Part shown: positions 1 through 10,152 of the stretch, piece after piece | Layout of the letters: each line of letters starts with the position of its first letter | Numbering within the stretch: the stretch's first letter is position 1 | Assembly: GCA_963664325.2 (NCBI GenBank) | Contig: CAXXDQ010000003.1 | Span: 1,056,001 to 1,120,000, forward strand | Direction of reading: 5' to 3' | Source: Desulfomonilia bacterium | Lineage (GTDB): Bacteria > Desulfobacterota > Desulfomonilia > UBA1062 | DNA: 64,000 bases | Notes under the pieces: generated by a model | What the model was told of the DNA's origin: nothing | Database searches by the model: none | What the model saw: only the letters and a program-made list of their open reading frames with translations | Made by a program: the position numbers and the translations under genes

Positions 1-100
1 AAAAGAAGCTGGTAAGCTTATAGCTGATAAGTTAACAGGCAAAACCGTCTTTGATTCTGCTCACCAGCTCAATAGCTTAACAGCTTCTTTTTCTGAAAAT

Positions 101-136
101 AAAAAGGGTCCCCCTGTTTCCAGGGGAGCCCTTTTT
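101..136 (-). terminator. Rho-independent terminator after PASTA gene 1
   Basis: aaaaagggtccccctg-tttc-caggggagcccttttt GC stem with A/T tracts on both sides, just downstream of the stop at 142. Confidence 0.85.
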
Positions 137-141
137 ACAGG

Positions 142-2244
142 CTATATGCCAAATACGTGTCCGTTGACGGTCTCGCCGTTGTACACCACCGAGGTTGTTC
201 CTGTTTGAGGTTCCTGGCCCACTATAGGAATGGAAACATTCGTGAACTTGCCGGAAAAATTGCCTGTGAAAGCAATCGTACCGGTTAATGTGCCGTTGCC
301 GCTCAAACTGACCGTACCGCTTAACGTACCGTTGATGATAACTCTACGGGTCCCGCTGCAGTCAATGGTGCCTGTGGATACGATGTAGTTCTGCGAATCA
401 ATGTAATTGGTAAATGTTTCATTGAGCAGGCCGCTCAGGCCGCTCTGTGTGATCCTGAAACGTACATTCCCGTCACCGCATGGGTCATAGTATGTCTCAT
501 CAGTGCCCAGGCCCGGACTGGGATCCTGGAGCATGACTTTCATCATGGGATTCCCTGCCGTCAGTTTCGCGATGGTGAAAAATTCTTCAATGGTATAATC
601 CACACGGCCCTGGTCGTAGCTGCTGAATTCGCTGATGGAGTACAGGGGCGAGGAACTGCTGGCCTTGACCTTGAAGTACCTGTAATTCTTGAAGGTGTTT
701 ATAATCGGGCGCGCTTCTGCCTCATATGCGTTCATGGTCTCAAATGTCAGTGTTTCCGGCAGGGGCGGGAGGTCCAGCGTTTCGGTCTGCATGACGTCAT
801 AGGATGTGGCCGGTGCGTTGACCGATCCTTCAAGAGTATATGTGCCGTCAGGTGTGGCTGAGCTGTATATGTAGTAAATTGTCGCATTCGGCACTGTATT
901 CCAAGTGACCGTGACACGGTCGTTAAGATTGTGGTTAAGGAGCGGGTTCGTAACAGAGGTCAGTACTACATCCGTGGCCTGCACATTCTGCGGTGCCGGC
1001 AGCTGTTCCGCGCATGCCCCGCTGGAAACGACAAGCTGAACCGTCGACCCGGGCTGCACCATCGTTCCGGCGGCAGGGGACTGGCTGATCACACCGCCTT
1101 CGGACACGGTATTGCTGCAGGTCGTGCTCGTGCTGCAGACAAGTCCTGCGGACGAAACAATGTCGCAGCTCGTGGCCGTTGGCACCAGAACCTGACACAG
1201 ACCGGTTGATATTATGCGGTTGACTGTGGAACCGTATGATACGCCTGTCCCTGCCGGCGGGCTCAGGCCGATGAATTCTCCTTGAGACACCGTATTGCTG
1301 CAGTTAAGAACCGTATTGCAATGAAGGCCTGCTGCCTCGATTTCTTCGCATGTAGTTGCATCGGGTACTGTAGCCCCACACAGCCCGGTCGACAGCGACA
1401 GCTGAATAGTGGATCCGGGCTGGACCATGGAGTCTGCCACAGGCGACTGTGATATTACGGAACCTGCCGGTACGGTATTGCTGCAGTGTCTGGTCCTGCT
1501 GCACACGAAACCGGCGGCTTCGACATCCTCACAGCTTGTTACGATCGGTACCGGAACTTCCACGGTGCACGGGCCGGTAGAGATGACCATGCTGACCGTT
1601 GTGCCGGGCTGGACCATGGTGCCTGCCGGCGGGTCCTGGCTGATCACCGTACCGATGAGCGCGGTGTTGCTGCAGCTCTGGGTAGTATCGCATACGAGCC
1701 CGGCCTCTTCAATGTCAGCACAGCCTGTTGCGGCCGGTACGGATACTTCATTGGTCAGACACTCACCGCTTGAGAGTGTAAGTGTCACCGTTGCGCCGGC
1801 CGGTACGACCGTACCCGGTTCAGGAGACTGGCTGATGACCTCGCCTTGGGGCAGAGTTTCACTGCAGTTCTGGACAAGCGAGCATACCAGACCTGCGTTT
1901 ATGATCTCATCGCAGCTTGCGGCCGTCGGGACCGTCGATGGAGGCGAAGCCACCGTTACCTCCCACTCGCGGTCAGATGTCCCGAAACCTCCGAACTGGA
2001 CTTTTACACCCACATTATAGGTGCCGATCGGATGGTTTCCGAAAGTGAAACTGGCTTTCGTTTCACCCGTCTGCGCTACATCGTCTATATACCACTGTAT
2101 CGTACCGAACGCCCTGACTGAAAACTCCTGGTTTGTTCCCCAGGTCAAAGAAACCGGGCCTTCTTCCGGAGATACCGATAGAATACAACCTGACAATACT
2201 AGGAGCGGTATCATAATCCAAAATTGTATGAGTGCTCGCTTCAT
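142..2244 (-). CDS. Lipoprotein: Ig-like module + 5 Cys-rich PASTA-like repeats + FN3-like + variable C-terminal domain (unit 1)
   Basis: ORF 142..2280; start moved to MKRALIQ (2244) behind AGGAGA RBS; lipobox LSGC; repeats VP..C..I..AGL.C....CS..V..G.VISQ.P..GT.V..G.TV.L..S.G.C. Confidence 0.85.
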   Translation of the reverse strand: MKRALIQFWIMIPLLVLSGCILSVSPEEGPVSLTWGTNQEFSVRAFGTIQWYIDDVAQTGETKASFTFGNHPIGTYNVGVKVQFGGFGTSDREWEVTVASPPSTVPTAASCDEIINAGLVCSLVQNCSETLPQGEVISQSPEPGTVVPAGATVTLTLSSGECLTNEVSVPAATGCADIEEAGLVCDTTQSCSNTALIGTVISQDPPAGTMVQPGTTVSMVISTGPCTVEVPVPIVTSCEDVEAAGFVCSRTRHCSNTVPAGSVISQSPVADSMVQPGSTIQLSLSTGLCGATVPDATTCEEIEAAGLHCNTVLNCSNTVSQGEFIGLSPPAGTGVSYGSTVNRIISTGLCQVLVPTATSCDIVSSAGLVCSTSTTCSNTVSEGGVISQSPAAGTMVQPGSTVQLVVSSGACAEQLPAPQNVQATDVVLTSVTNPLLNHNLNDRVTVTWNTVPNATIYYIYSSATPDGTYTLEGSVNAPATSYDVMQTETLDLPPLPETLTFETMNAYEAEARPIINTFKNYRYFKVKASSSSPLYSISEFSSYDQGRVDYTIEEFFTIAKLTAGNPMMKVMLQDPSPGLGTDETYYDPCGDGNVRFRITQSGLSGLLNETFTNYIDSQNYIVSTGTIDCSGTRRVIINGTLSGTVSLSGNGTLTGTIAFTGNFSGKFTNVSIPIVGQEPQTGTTSVVYNGETVNGHVFGI

Positions 2245-2326
2245 GTATTCTCTCCTTTTGTGTGTGATGGCATTTATCATATTCTATGCTGCCCCTTTCT
2301 GCTCTGCTCTGCTCTGCGATAAAAGT

Positions 2327-2356
2327 AAAAGGGGGAAGGCAAAAAGTCTTCCCCCT
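2327..2356 (-). terminator. Stem-loop with U-tract between PKD gene and PASTA gene of unit 1
   Basis: minus strand agggggaagac-ttttt-gccttccccc-ttttactttt. Confidence 0.7.
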
Positions 2357-2372
2357 GCGTTAGCATTATATC

Positions 2373-4799
2373 CTAGTCCCAGACGGTGAAAGTTATATCA
2401 TCAAGAAAAACACCATCGGTGCCCCAGAAACTGTCGAAATAAAAGCCGACTTTTGTAACAGCCCTGTTGGGAGAATAGCTCTTCAGGTACCACGTGTTGC
2501 CGCTGTCACCACGTATATCCTGGTAATGGCTGTTGTTCAGGTAAATGGACGTTTTGAGTTCTGCCATATTTGCTGCATAGCCGCGGTACTGGAAATCGAT
2601 CTGAATGAGCCAGGTGTTGGTGAAGTCCCTGCTTATCATGAGCGTATTGACGCCAAACCAAGCACCCTGCGCCCAGAAGCTGTAGGAACCGGAATAAGGT
2701 TCCTCATCATCAACATCAATGGTGCCCCAGCTCCCTTCATTGTTCGACTTGTACCAGGGTAAAAATGCGCCGTCGTCCCAGTTCTCAACAATTGTTTCCT
2801 GGAATGTCGTGAGGGTGATGGTATCGGTGGTGCTGTCAGTATCGTCACTCACGACCAGGCTGATTACATATGAGCCGGGTTTGTCAAGCGTAATGGTCGG
2901 ATTCACAATTGCCGCATTGGAAAGTGCTGCCGAGCTGCCTTCAGGGGCTGAATCGATCGACCATGAATAGGTTATCGTATCGCCGTCAAGATCTGAACTG
3001 CCGCTCCCGGAAAGCTGGACCGCACGGTTGGCGTAGTGGACTGTCTGATCAGCCCCGGCATCTGAAACAGGCGGGTTGTTGGACGCGTGAATCTGGACCG
3101 TATCCGCAACGCTGTCTGCATCTCCGTCGTTGACTACAAGGCTCAGCGTGTAATCGCCCTTCTTGTCAGGCGTAAAGGTCGGTTCGGCTATGGTCGGGTC
3201 AGAAAGTTCAGCCGAGCTGCCTGTCGGTGCTGAATCGATCGACCACGAATAGGTAAGTGTGTCGTTGTCGGTGTCGGTGCCGCTGCCGGAAAGCTGTGCC
3301 GTATGATAATTGAGAATGTTTATATCACTGCCGGCATTGGCTGTCGGCGCATGGTTGGTTGTTGTGACGGTAACCGTGTCAGGAGCGCTGCTTATGCTGT
3401 CGGTATCGGTCACGATAAGGCTGAATTCATATGTACCCTTGACATCGGGCATGAAGGTCGGATTGGCAGCTGTTGCATCTGAAAGCTCAGCGGTGCTTCC
3501 GTCCGGGGCTGAGACGATCGTCCATGCATAGGTCAGCACGTCACCGTCAGGGTCGCTTCCGCTTCCGTCAAGCTGGGCTATCTGGGTAAATGGGATAGTG
3601 ATGGGCTCGCCGGCCTCTGCTACAGGCACATGATTGGAAGAGGTTACCAGCACCGTGTCTTCAGCTGTCAGGTCGCCGTCACTCACGGTGAGCGTCATTA
3701 CGTATGCGCCCTTCTTGTCGGGCGTGAACGTCGGGTTGGCGATAGCCTCATCGCTCAGAATGGCGGTGCTGCCATCAGGCCGTGAGGTGACAGACCATGA
3801 ATATGTCAACTCTGTTCCGTCGGGGTCGCTGCTCTCGCTTCCGTCGAGCTGAGCAGTACCGCCCAATTCGGCGATGGTAATATCGTCGCCGGCTCTGGCT
3901 ACGGGCGCATGGTTGTATACGGTTATTATTACCCAGTCCGTACCGCTGTCGAATCGGCCGTCATTCACGACCAGACTTATTACATAAATTCCCTTTTTGT
4001 CGGGAGTGAAGATCGGCGTCATGCTGGTGGAATCATCAAGCACGGCTGCGTTGCCGGTAGGCCCTGAATCGATGGACCAATGGTACGTCAGGTCATGGCC
4101 TTCAAAATCGCTGCTCTCGCTTCCATTGAGCGGGACCGTACTGCCTAATAAGACGGTCTGGTTATCGCCGGCTTCGGCCACTGGCGGAACGAAATCGGAA
4201 TAGGCGTATATGACAACCGCATCAGCCGCACTGTTCGACTCTCCGTCATTTACGATCAGGCGTATGGTATAGGCGCCTTCAACATCAGGAGTAAAGCTCG
4301 GGTTGACGGCATAGGGGTCGTCCAGTTCAGCTTCGCTGAGTTCAGGCCTGGCGACTATTTCCCAGAGATAGGTCAGAGTCTGATCTTCCGGGTCTGTGCT
4401 GCCGCTCCCGTCAAGCTGAACAACGTCGCCGAAATCAAAGAACTGGTCGGGGCCGGCATCGGCTGTGGGGGGAAGGTTGTCAACTACCTCTACAGTCCAT
4501 TCCCTGGTAATTGCTTCATTATTAAACGTGTCTCTTGTCTCAACCCTGATCCTGTTCAGGCCGCTATCCTCTTCATTTGCTTCATAGGTATAGGATGAGC
4601 TTGTGGCCCCATCGATGAGCGTGTCATTCTTGTACCACGCATATGAACCGTTAAACATGCCATAGGTTGAAAAGTCATGACTAGCACCTACCTTGATTAT
4701 GACATTTGTGTCTGTATTGGGAGATGTTCTTAAGATACAGCCACTCAACCAGACGGTTATGATAGAAAGTATTGCCAATAGTATTGCATGTCTCTTCAT
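2373..4799 (-). CDS. Lipoprotein: Ig-like module + 6 PKD/K319L-like Ig repeats + variable beta-rich tip (unit 1)
   Basis: 808 aa; lipobox LSGC; GGGAGG RBS; repeats N..P.A.AG...LDGS.S.DP....L.Y.W....P.GS...P.FTPD..G.Y...L.V.DG; tip ENWDDG...FLDDITFTVWD. Confidence 0.88.
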   Translation of the reverse strand: MKRHAILLAILSIITVWLSGCILRTSPNTDTNVIIKVGASHDFSTYGMFNGSYAWYKNDTLIDGATSSSYTYEANEEDSGLNRIRVETRDTFNNEAITREWTVEVVDNLPPTADAGPDQFFDFGDVVQLDGSGSTDPEDQTLTYLWEIVARPELSEAELDDPYAVNPSFTPDVEGAYTIRLIVNDGESNSAADAVVIYAYSDFVPPVAEAGDNQTVLLGSTVPLNGSESSDFEGHDLTYHWSIDSGPTGNAAVLDDSTSMTPIFTPDKKGIYVISLVVNDGRFDSGTDWVIITVYNHAPVARAGDDITIAELGGTAQLDGSESSDPDGTELTYSWSVTSRPDGSTAILSDEAIANPTFTPDKKGAYVMTLTVSDGDLTAEDTVLVTSSNHVPVAEAGEPITIPFTQIAQLDGSGSDPDGDVLTYAWTIVSAPDGSTAELSDATAANPTFMPDVKGTYEFSLIVTDTDSISSAPDTVTVTTTNHAPTANAGSDINILNYHTAQLSGSGTDTDNDTLTYSWSIDSAPTGSSAELSDPTIAEPTFTPDKKGDYTLSLVVNDGDADSVADTVQIHASNNPPVSDAGADQTVHYANRAVQLSGSGSSDLDGDTITYSWSIDSAPEGSSAALSNAAIVNPTITLDKPGSYVISLVVSDDTDSTTDTITLTTFQETIVENWDDGAFLPWYKSNNEGSWGTIDVDDEEPYSGSYSFWAQGAWFGVNTLMISRDFTNTWLIQIDFQYRGYAANMAELKTSIYLNNSHYQDIRGDSGNTWYLKSYSPNRAVTKVGFYFDSFWGTDGVFLDDITFTVWD

Positions 4800-4875
4800 G
4801 AGTTGCCTCCCAAGTGTTATTTATCCGCATGCTGCAAAAAACCCTCTAACTGAGTAACTTTGTGTCATTAATTTC

Positions 4876-4904
4876 CTATCGGCAGCTTTTTAAATGACTT
4901 AATT
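4876..4904 (-). promoter_or_regulatory. Candidate sigma28 (FliA-type) promoter for unit 1
   Basis: minus strand TTAAGTCA-N11-GCCGATAG versus consensus TAAAGTTT-N11-GCCGATAA, ~77 bp upstream of start 4799. Confidence 0.6.
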
Positions 4905-5170
4905 GTTAAAATTAATTTTTCTTAATTTAACGATTATAAAAATTAATGAAATAGATTATAGATATCCTATAGTAATGGCAGTAAATTTCTCTTGAACGCT
5001 TCAAACAGAATCTTGATTATCGGGTTCGATGGTTGGCTGGTACACAAAAAGGAAGCTGATTTGCTGATAAGCCGGTAAGAAAAACCATCTTTGGTTCTGC
5101 TTGCCGTCTCAATAGCTTGACAGCTTGCAAGCCAAGTTTTTATTCAGCTTGTCAGCTTTTCTTTACCGGA

Positions 5171-5205
5171 AAAAAAAGAAACCCCTGTTTCCAGGGGTTT
5201 CTTTT
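5171..5205 (-). terminator. Rho-independent terminator after PASTA gene 2
   Basis: aaaaaaagaaacccctg-tttc-caggggtttctttt; same core as 101-136. Confidence 0.85.
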
Positions 5206-5215
5206 AGCTTACATG

Positions 5216-7318
5216 TTATAATCCGAATGCGTGGCCGTTAACCGTTTCGCCGTTGTACACCACCGAGGTTGTACCTGTTTGCGGTTCCTGATTTGAGATA
5301 GGAATGGAAATATTCGAGAACTTGCCGGCGAAATTGCCTGTGAATGCTAACGAACCTGTTAAAGTGCCGTTGCCGCTCATGTTGATCGAACCGCTGATAG
5401 TGCCATTCATGATCATTTTTCTGGTTCCGCTGCAGTCGATTGTGCCTGGAGGATTAATGTAGTTCTGCGAATCAACATAATTGTTAAACGCCACTGTAAG
5501 TAGTCCGCCCAGGCCCTGCATGGCGACTGTAAAACGGACACTCCCGTCTCCGCATGGATCATAGTAGCTCTCATCCGTACCCAGGCCCGGGCTCGGGTTC
5601 TGGAGCATGACCCTTGTCAGAGGGTTACCTGCTGTAATCTTCGCGACATTAAAGAATTCCTCCAGCGTATAATCCATGCGGCCCTGGTCATAGTTGCTCA
5701 GGTTGCTGTCGTTGTACAGGGGCGATGTGCTTAAGGCCTTGACCTTGAAATACCTGTAATTCTTGAAAGCGCTCAGGATCGGGCGCGCAACCAATTCATA
5801 AGCGTCAATGGCGGCTATTGTTAGTGGTGAGGGAAGGGGCGGAAGATTGAGCGTTTGAGTCTGCATTACATCATAGGATGTGGAAGGGGCGTCGACTGAG
5901 CCTGCGATCGTATAGGTTCCATCAGGGGTGTCGGAGCTGTATATGTTATAGGATGTCGCGTTAGGCACCGCGTTCCATGTGACCCTGATTCTGTCGTTGA
6001 GGTTGTGGTTGAGCAGGGGGTTGGTGACCGAGGTAAGCACGACATCCGAGGCCTGCACATTCTGCGGAGTAGGAAGCTGCTCCGCGCACGCCCCGCTGGA
6101 AAGAACAAGCTGGACCGTCGATCCGGGCGGCACCAGCGTGCCCGGTGCCGGGAGCTGGCTGATCACACCGCCTGCAGGAACAGTATTGCTGCAGGTCGTA
6201 CTAGTGCTGCAGACAAGGCCTGCGGCCGTCACGTCATTGCAGTTCGCAGCGTTCGGTACAGGCACCTGGCACGGTCCGGTCGAAAGTATCAGGTTGACTG
6301 TGGCACCGTAGGACAGGCCCGTTCCGGCCGGCGGGCTCAAGCCGATAAATCCGCCCTGGGGAACCGTATTGCTGCAGTAAAGCACCGTGTTGCAATGAAG
6401 GCCGGCGGCCTCGATCTCCTCGCAGGTCGTGACATCGGGTACTGTGGCTCCGCATAACCCGGTCGATATACCAAGCTGAATAGTGGAACCCCGCAGCACC
6501 ATGGTGCCAGGCTCCGGCGACTGGGTTACTACTGAACCTACGGGTACGGTATTGCTGCAGACCCTGGTCCGGCTGCAGACAAAGCCGGCCTGCTCGACGT
6601 CCTCGCAGCTCGTGACTATAGGCACAGGGACTTCTACTGTGCACGGCCCGGTTGAGATCACGAGGCTGACCGTTGTGCCAGGCTGAACCATGGTTCCGGC
6701 AGCCGGGGTCTGTCTGATCACCATGCCGACCGGTACCGATGGACTGCAGCTCTGTGTGGCGTCGCATACAAGTCCTGCAGCTTCAATACTGGCGCAGCCT
6801 AAAGCAGCCGGGACTTCGACCTCGTTCGAGCAGATGCCGCTTGAAAGCGTGAGCGTCACTGTGGCGCCTGCAGGAATGAAAAGGCCAGCTTCCGGGGCCT
6901 GGCTTATCACCGAGCCCTTGGGCGCCGTATCACTGCAGTTCTGCACAAGTGAGCACGCAAGGCCCGCGTTCACTATGTCATCGCAGCCCGTGGCGGAGGG
7001 TACCGCGGAGGGGGGAAGCTTCACAATGACGGTCCAGGCGCGCTCCACGGAAGAAGAGGCAAATGTGTTTCTCACCTTGACCGCGTAGGTCCCCAGGCCG
7101 TAGGTCAGACTTTTAAAAGTAAAGCCTGCTCCGGTCTCCCCGGTTACTGCGGCATCGTTTACATACCACTGGTAGGTCCCGAGCCCTGTGACCTTGAACG
7201 CCTGATTGTTGCCCCATGTCAGAGGAATGGTCCCCTCGGGCGGCGTGGTTGAAAAAATACACCCCGCCAAAACCAGAAGCGGTATCATGACCAGAAAGAG
7301 CTTTATATTCAGCTTCAT
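5216..7318 (-). CDS. Lipoprotein with 5 Cys-rich PASTA-like repeats + FN3-like + variable C-terminus (unit 2)
   Basis: 700 aa; lipobox LAGC; paralog of 142..2244. Confidence 0.87.
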   Translation of the reverse strand: MKLNIKLFLVMIPLLVLAGCIFSTTPPEGTIPLTWGNNQAFKVTGLGTYQWYVNDAAVTGETGAGFTFKSLTYGLGTYAVKVRNTFASSSVERAWTVIVKLPPSAVPSATGCDDIVNAGLACSLVQNCSDTAPKGSVISQAPEAGLFIPAGATVTLTLSSGICSNEVEVPAALGCASIEAAGLVCDATQSCSPSVPVGMVIRQTPAAGTMVQPGTTVSLVISTGPCTVEVPVPIVTSCEDVEQAGFVCSRTRVCSNTVPVGSVVTQSPEPGTMVLRGSTIQLGISTGLCGATVPDVTTCEEIEAAGLHCNTVLYCSNTVPQGGFIGLSPPAGTGLSYGATVNLILSTGPCQVPVPNAANCNDVTAAGLVCSTSTTCSNTVPAGGVISQLPAPGTLVPPGSTVQLVLSSGACAEQLPTPQNVQASDVVLTSVTNPLLNHNLNDRIRVTWNAVPNATSYNIYSSDTPDGTYTIAGSVDAPSTSYDVMQTQTLNLPPLPSPLTIAAIDAYELVARPILSAFKNYRYFKVKALSTSPLYNDSNLSNYDQGRMDYTLEEFFNVAKITAGNPLTRVMLQNPSPGLGTDESYYDPCGDGSVRFTVAMQGLGGLLTVAFNNYVDSQNYINPPGTIDCSGTRKMIMNGTISGSINMSGNGTLTGSLAFTGNFAGKFSNISIPISNQEPQTGTTSVVYNGETVNGHAFGL
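6012..7303. repeat. ~1292-bp apparently identical direct repeat, copy A (copy B 11078..12369)
   Basis: constant 5066-bp offset; shadow ORFs in other frames are identical (6234..6767 = 11300..11833; 6690..7088 = 11756..12154). Confidence 0.9.
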
Positions 7319-7384
7319 GCATTACCCCCGTTGTTTAATAATAACACATTATCAGCAGGCCTTTTTCAGAGGCTGTTTTAAGAA

Positions 7385-7418
7385 GGGGAGGGCAGGCCGG
7401 AGATGCCTGTCCTTCCCC
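7385..7418 (-). terminator. Intergenic stem-loop between PKD and PASTA genes of unit 2
   Basis: ggggagggcaggc...gcctgtccttcccc; weak U-tract. Confidence 0.55.
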
Positions 7419-7436
7419 ATGCTTTTTATATTAATC

Positions 7437-9899
7437 CTAATCCCAGTAGTTGATCACAATGTTGTCGAGGTAAGAGCCATCCACCAATAAATACTGATAA
7501 TGTCTGAAGTAGATGTTCGTGTTGACAACCTGGTCAATGTTTACAGTGTAATTATCCTGCCATGTATTGTTTCCCGCTATGAAAGGCAGGGCGCAGAAGA
7601 GGGCGTTGTCTTTATAGAAGGACATGTCAAGGTTGGCTATGTTTCCGGCCCATCCCTTCTGTGAAAATACTACTGTCGTGACGTAGGTAGGGGTTGAGAA
7701 TGTCTTTGTAAGATTGCACCAGTTATCACCGCCTCCGAATGTACCGCCTGCGACCTTGAACTGCCAGCCGCCATGGATACCGCCTTCGTTGTCGTTTATA
7801 ACCCCTATGGTACCCCATCCTCCGAAGTTGTTGTTTTGTGTCTTCACCCAGCCGCCTTCATAACCTCCGGACTCGAAGTTTGCAGAAATCGTAGCGGCAG
7901 AGGTTGTAAGGGTGAGAGAATCGATGCTGCTGTTTTCCGTTCCGTCGTTCACGACCAGGTTAATTACATAGGAGCCCGGCTTATCGAGCGTAATGATAGG
8001 GTTCACAATGGATGAATTGTTGAAGGAAGCTGAGCTGCCTGACGGTTTGTTGGTGAGGGTCCAGGCATAGGTCAGCGGGTCGCTGTCTAGATCGGAACTT
8101 ACATTGCCGTTCAGCTGGACAAAGCGGCCTGCATAATGGACGGTCTGATTTGCACCGGCCTCGGCAACGGGCGGGTTGTTTAGTGAGTTGATCTGAAGCG
8201 TATCGGTGTTGCTGTATGCCTCACCGTCGTACACAACGTAGCTCAGTATATAGTTGCCCTTTTTATCAGGCGTGAAGGTCGGATTTGTGATGAATCGGTT
8301 GGAGAGTGCGGCCGTGCTGCCTGACGGGGCTGAAACAATCGTCCATGTATAAGTCAGCGGGTCGTTGTCGATGTCTGTGCCGATTCCGTTGAGCTGTACC
8401 AGATGTTTATTGAGTATGTTGACATCGCTGCCAGCCTCAGCCACAGGCACATGGTTGGTGGTTGTGACAGTCACGGTATCGGGCACGCTTGGAAGGTTCT
8501 CATTATCTTTGACAATGAGGCTGAACGTATACACTCCCTTCTTATCCGGTGTAAATGTCGGATTTGCAATAGTGGCATTGGAGAGCGTGGCTGTACTTAA
8601 GGGCGGAGCTGTTTCAATCGTCCACTCATAGGTCACGGGGTCGCCGTCAGGATCGGTCCCGATGCCGTTAAGATGTGCCGTCTGCGTGAACGGGATGACA
8701 ATGGGATCGCCGGCCTCGGCAACCGGCACGTGGTTGGAGTATGTCAGGGCCACCGTGTCTTCAGCGGTCAGGTCCCCGTCGCTTACGACCAGTTTGATAA
8801 CATAACCGCCCTTCTTGTCCGGAGTGAAATCCGGGTTGACGATGGAGTTATCGGACAGCATGGCTGTGCTGCCGTCGGGTCTGTTTATGACAGACCATGA
8901 ATAGGTCAGCACCGTGCCGTCGGGGTCTATGCTCAGGCTGCCGTCGAGATGGGCCGTGCCTCCGAGTTCAGAAATGGTGATATCATTGCCTGCATTTGCA
9001 ACGGGTGCGGTGTTATAGACTGTTATGTTGATCCAGTCGACGCCGCTGTCGAATGTGCCGTCGTTCACGACCAGCCTTATGACGTAAAGGCCCTTCTTGT
9101 CGGGCATGAAGTTTGGTGTCATGGTGTTGGAACCGTTAAGAACTGCTCCGCTGCCGGGAGGAGCGGTGTCGATTCCCCATGTGTAAGTCAGGCTGTGGTG
9201 CTCAGGATCGAAGCTGGCGCTGCCGTCGAGATGGACAAGATTACCGAACACGACGTTCTGGTCAGGGCCTGCGTCGGCCGTGGGCGGGAGGAAATCCGAA
9301 TAGGCGTTGATGACTACCGCGTCGCTGGCGCTGTTGGACTCGCCGTCGTTCACAATCAGGCGGATTGTGTAGGCGCCTTCGATATCGGGGGTAAAACTGG
9401 GGTTGACAGCGTAGGGGTCGTCAAGGGCTGCATTGCTGCCGGACGGTCTTCCAACCATGGTCCAGAGGTAGAGCAGCGGCTGGGATTCAGGGTCTGAACT
9501 GGCGCTGCCGTCGAGATAGGCGACATTGCCGAAGTACAGGTTCTGGTCAGGGCCAGCGTTTGCAATCGGCGGGAGGTTGTAGTAGACGTTGACGGTCCAC
9601 TCCTTTACCAGCGTTTTGCCGCTGAGCAGGTCCTTTGTCTGCACCTTGAAGATGTTTATGCCGTTGTCGCCGGCTTCTGCATAGTAGGTGTAGGACGAGC
9701 CGGAGGCCCCTCCGATGAGAATGTTGTTTTTGTACCATTCATAAGGGCCGTTCAGGAAACCGGAAACCGTGAATGCCTGCGAGTTGCCCACCTTAAGTGT
9801 TATAGGTGTGGCAGTGTTGGGATTGGTGCTTAAAATACATCCGCTGAAACCAGCAAGAATAACAAAAACTAGGAACGTCAGAATTAAATTTCGCTTCAT
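7437..9899 (-). CDS. Lipoprotein: Ig-like module + 6 PKD-like repeats + variable tip (unit 2)
   Basis: ORF 7437..9914; start at MKRNLIL (9899) behind GGAGGAGG; lipobox FSGC; tip ANFESGG...YLDNIVINYWD. Confidence 0.88.
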   Translation of the reverse strand: MKRNLILTFLVFVILAGFSGCILSTNPNTATPITLKVGNSQAFTVSGFLNGPYEWYKNNILIGGASGSSYTYYAEAGDNGINIFKVQTKDLLSGKTLVKEWTVNVYYNLPPIANAGPDQNLYFGNVAYLDGSASSDPESQPLLYLWTMVGRPSGSNAALDDPYAVNPSFTPDIEGAYTIRLIVNDGESNSASDAVVINAYSDFLPPTADAGPDQNVVFGNLVHLDGSASFDPEHHSLTYTWGIDTAPPGSGAVLNGSNTMTPNFMPDKKGLYVIRLVVNDGTFDSGVDWINITVYNTAPVANAGNDITISELGGTAHLDGSLSIDPDGTVLTYSWSVINRPDGSTAMLSDNSIVNPDFTPDKKGGYVIKLVVSDGDLTAEDTVALTYSNHVPVAEAGDPIVIPFTQTAHLNGIGTDPDGDPVTYEWTIETAPPLSTATLSNATIANPTFTPDKKGVYTFSLIVKDNENLPSVPDTVTVTTTNHVPVAEAGSDVNILNKHLVQLNGIGTDIDNDPLTYTWTIVSAPSGSTAALSNRFITNPTFTPDKKGNYILSYVVYDGEAYSNTDTLQINSLNNPPVAEAGANQTVHYAGRFVQLNGNVSSDLDSDPLTYAWTLTNKPSGSSASFNNSSIVNPIITLDKPGSYVINLVVNDGTENSSIDSLTLTTSAATISANFESGGYEGGWVKTQNNNFGGWGTIGVINDNEGGIHGGWQFKVAGGTFGGGDNWCNLTKTFSTPTYVTTVVFSQKGWAGNIANLDMSFYKDNALFCALPFIAGNNTWQDNYTVNIDQVVNTNIYFRHYQYLLVDGSYLDNIVINYWD

Positions 9900-10036
9900 T
9901 GATTCCTCCTCCAATTATTAATTGTTTGCAACCCTGAAGGGCTGCATTCATTACTCCATCTGCACATCATAAATCATTTCAATGATGAAAATATAACAAT
10001 GATGCTTAAAAAAGTATAACTATTTTACAGAAAATA

Positions 10037-10152
10037 TACAAGTGTCATGCCATTTCAGAATGATATTATTTTTGGAATTCTATCAATGTGTTAGGAAAAA
10101 TGCTATTTGTCAGGTCCTGCAAGTCCTTTGACTTAAGTGGAAATATATTTCC
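10037..10152 (-). promoter_or_regulatory. Candidate sigma54 promoter + IHF site + palindromic upstream activator site for unit 2
   Basis: minus TGGCATGACACTTGTA at 10037-10052 (GG-N10-GT); TATCAATGTGTTA at 10081-10093 matches WATCAANNNNTTR; palindrome GGAAATATATTTCC at 10139-10152. Confidence 0.55.
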
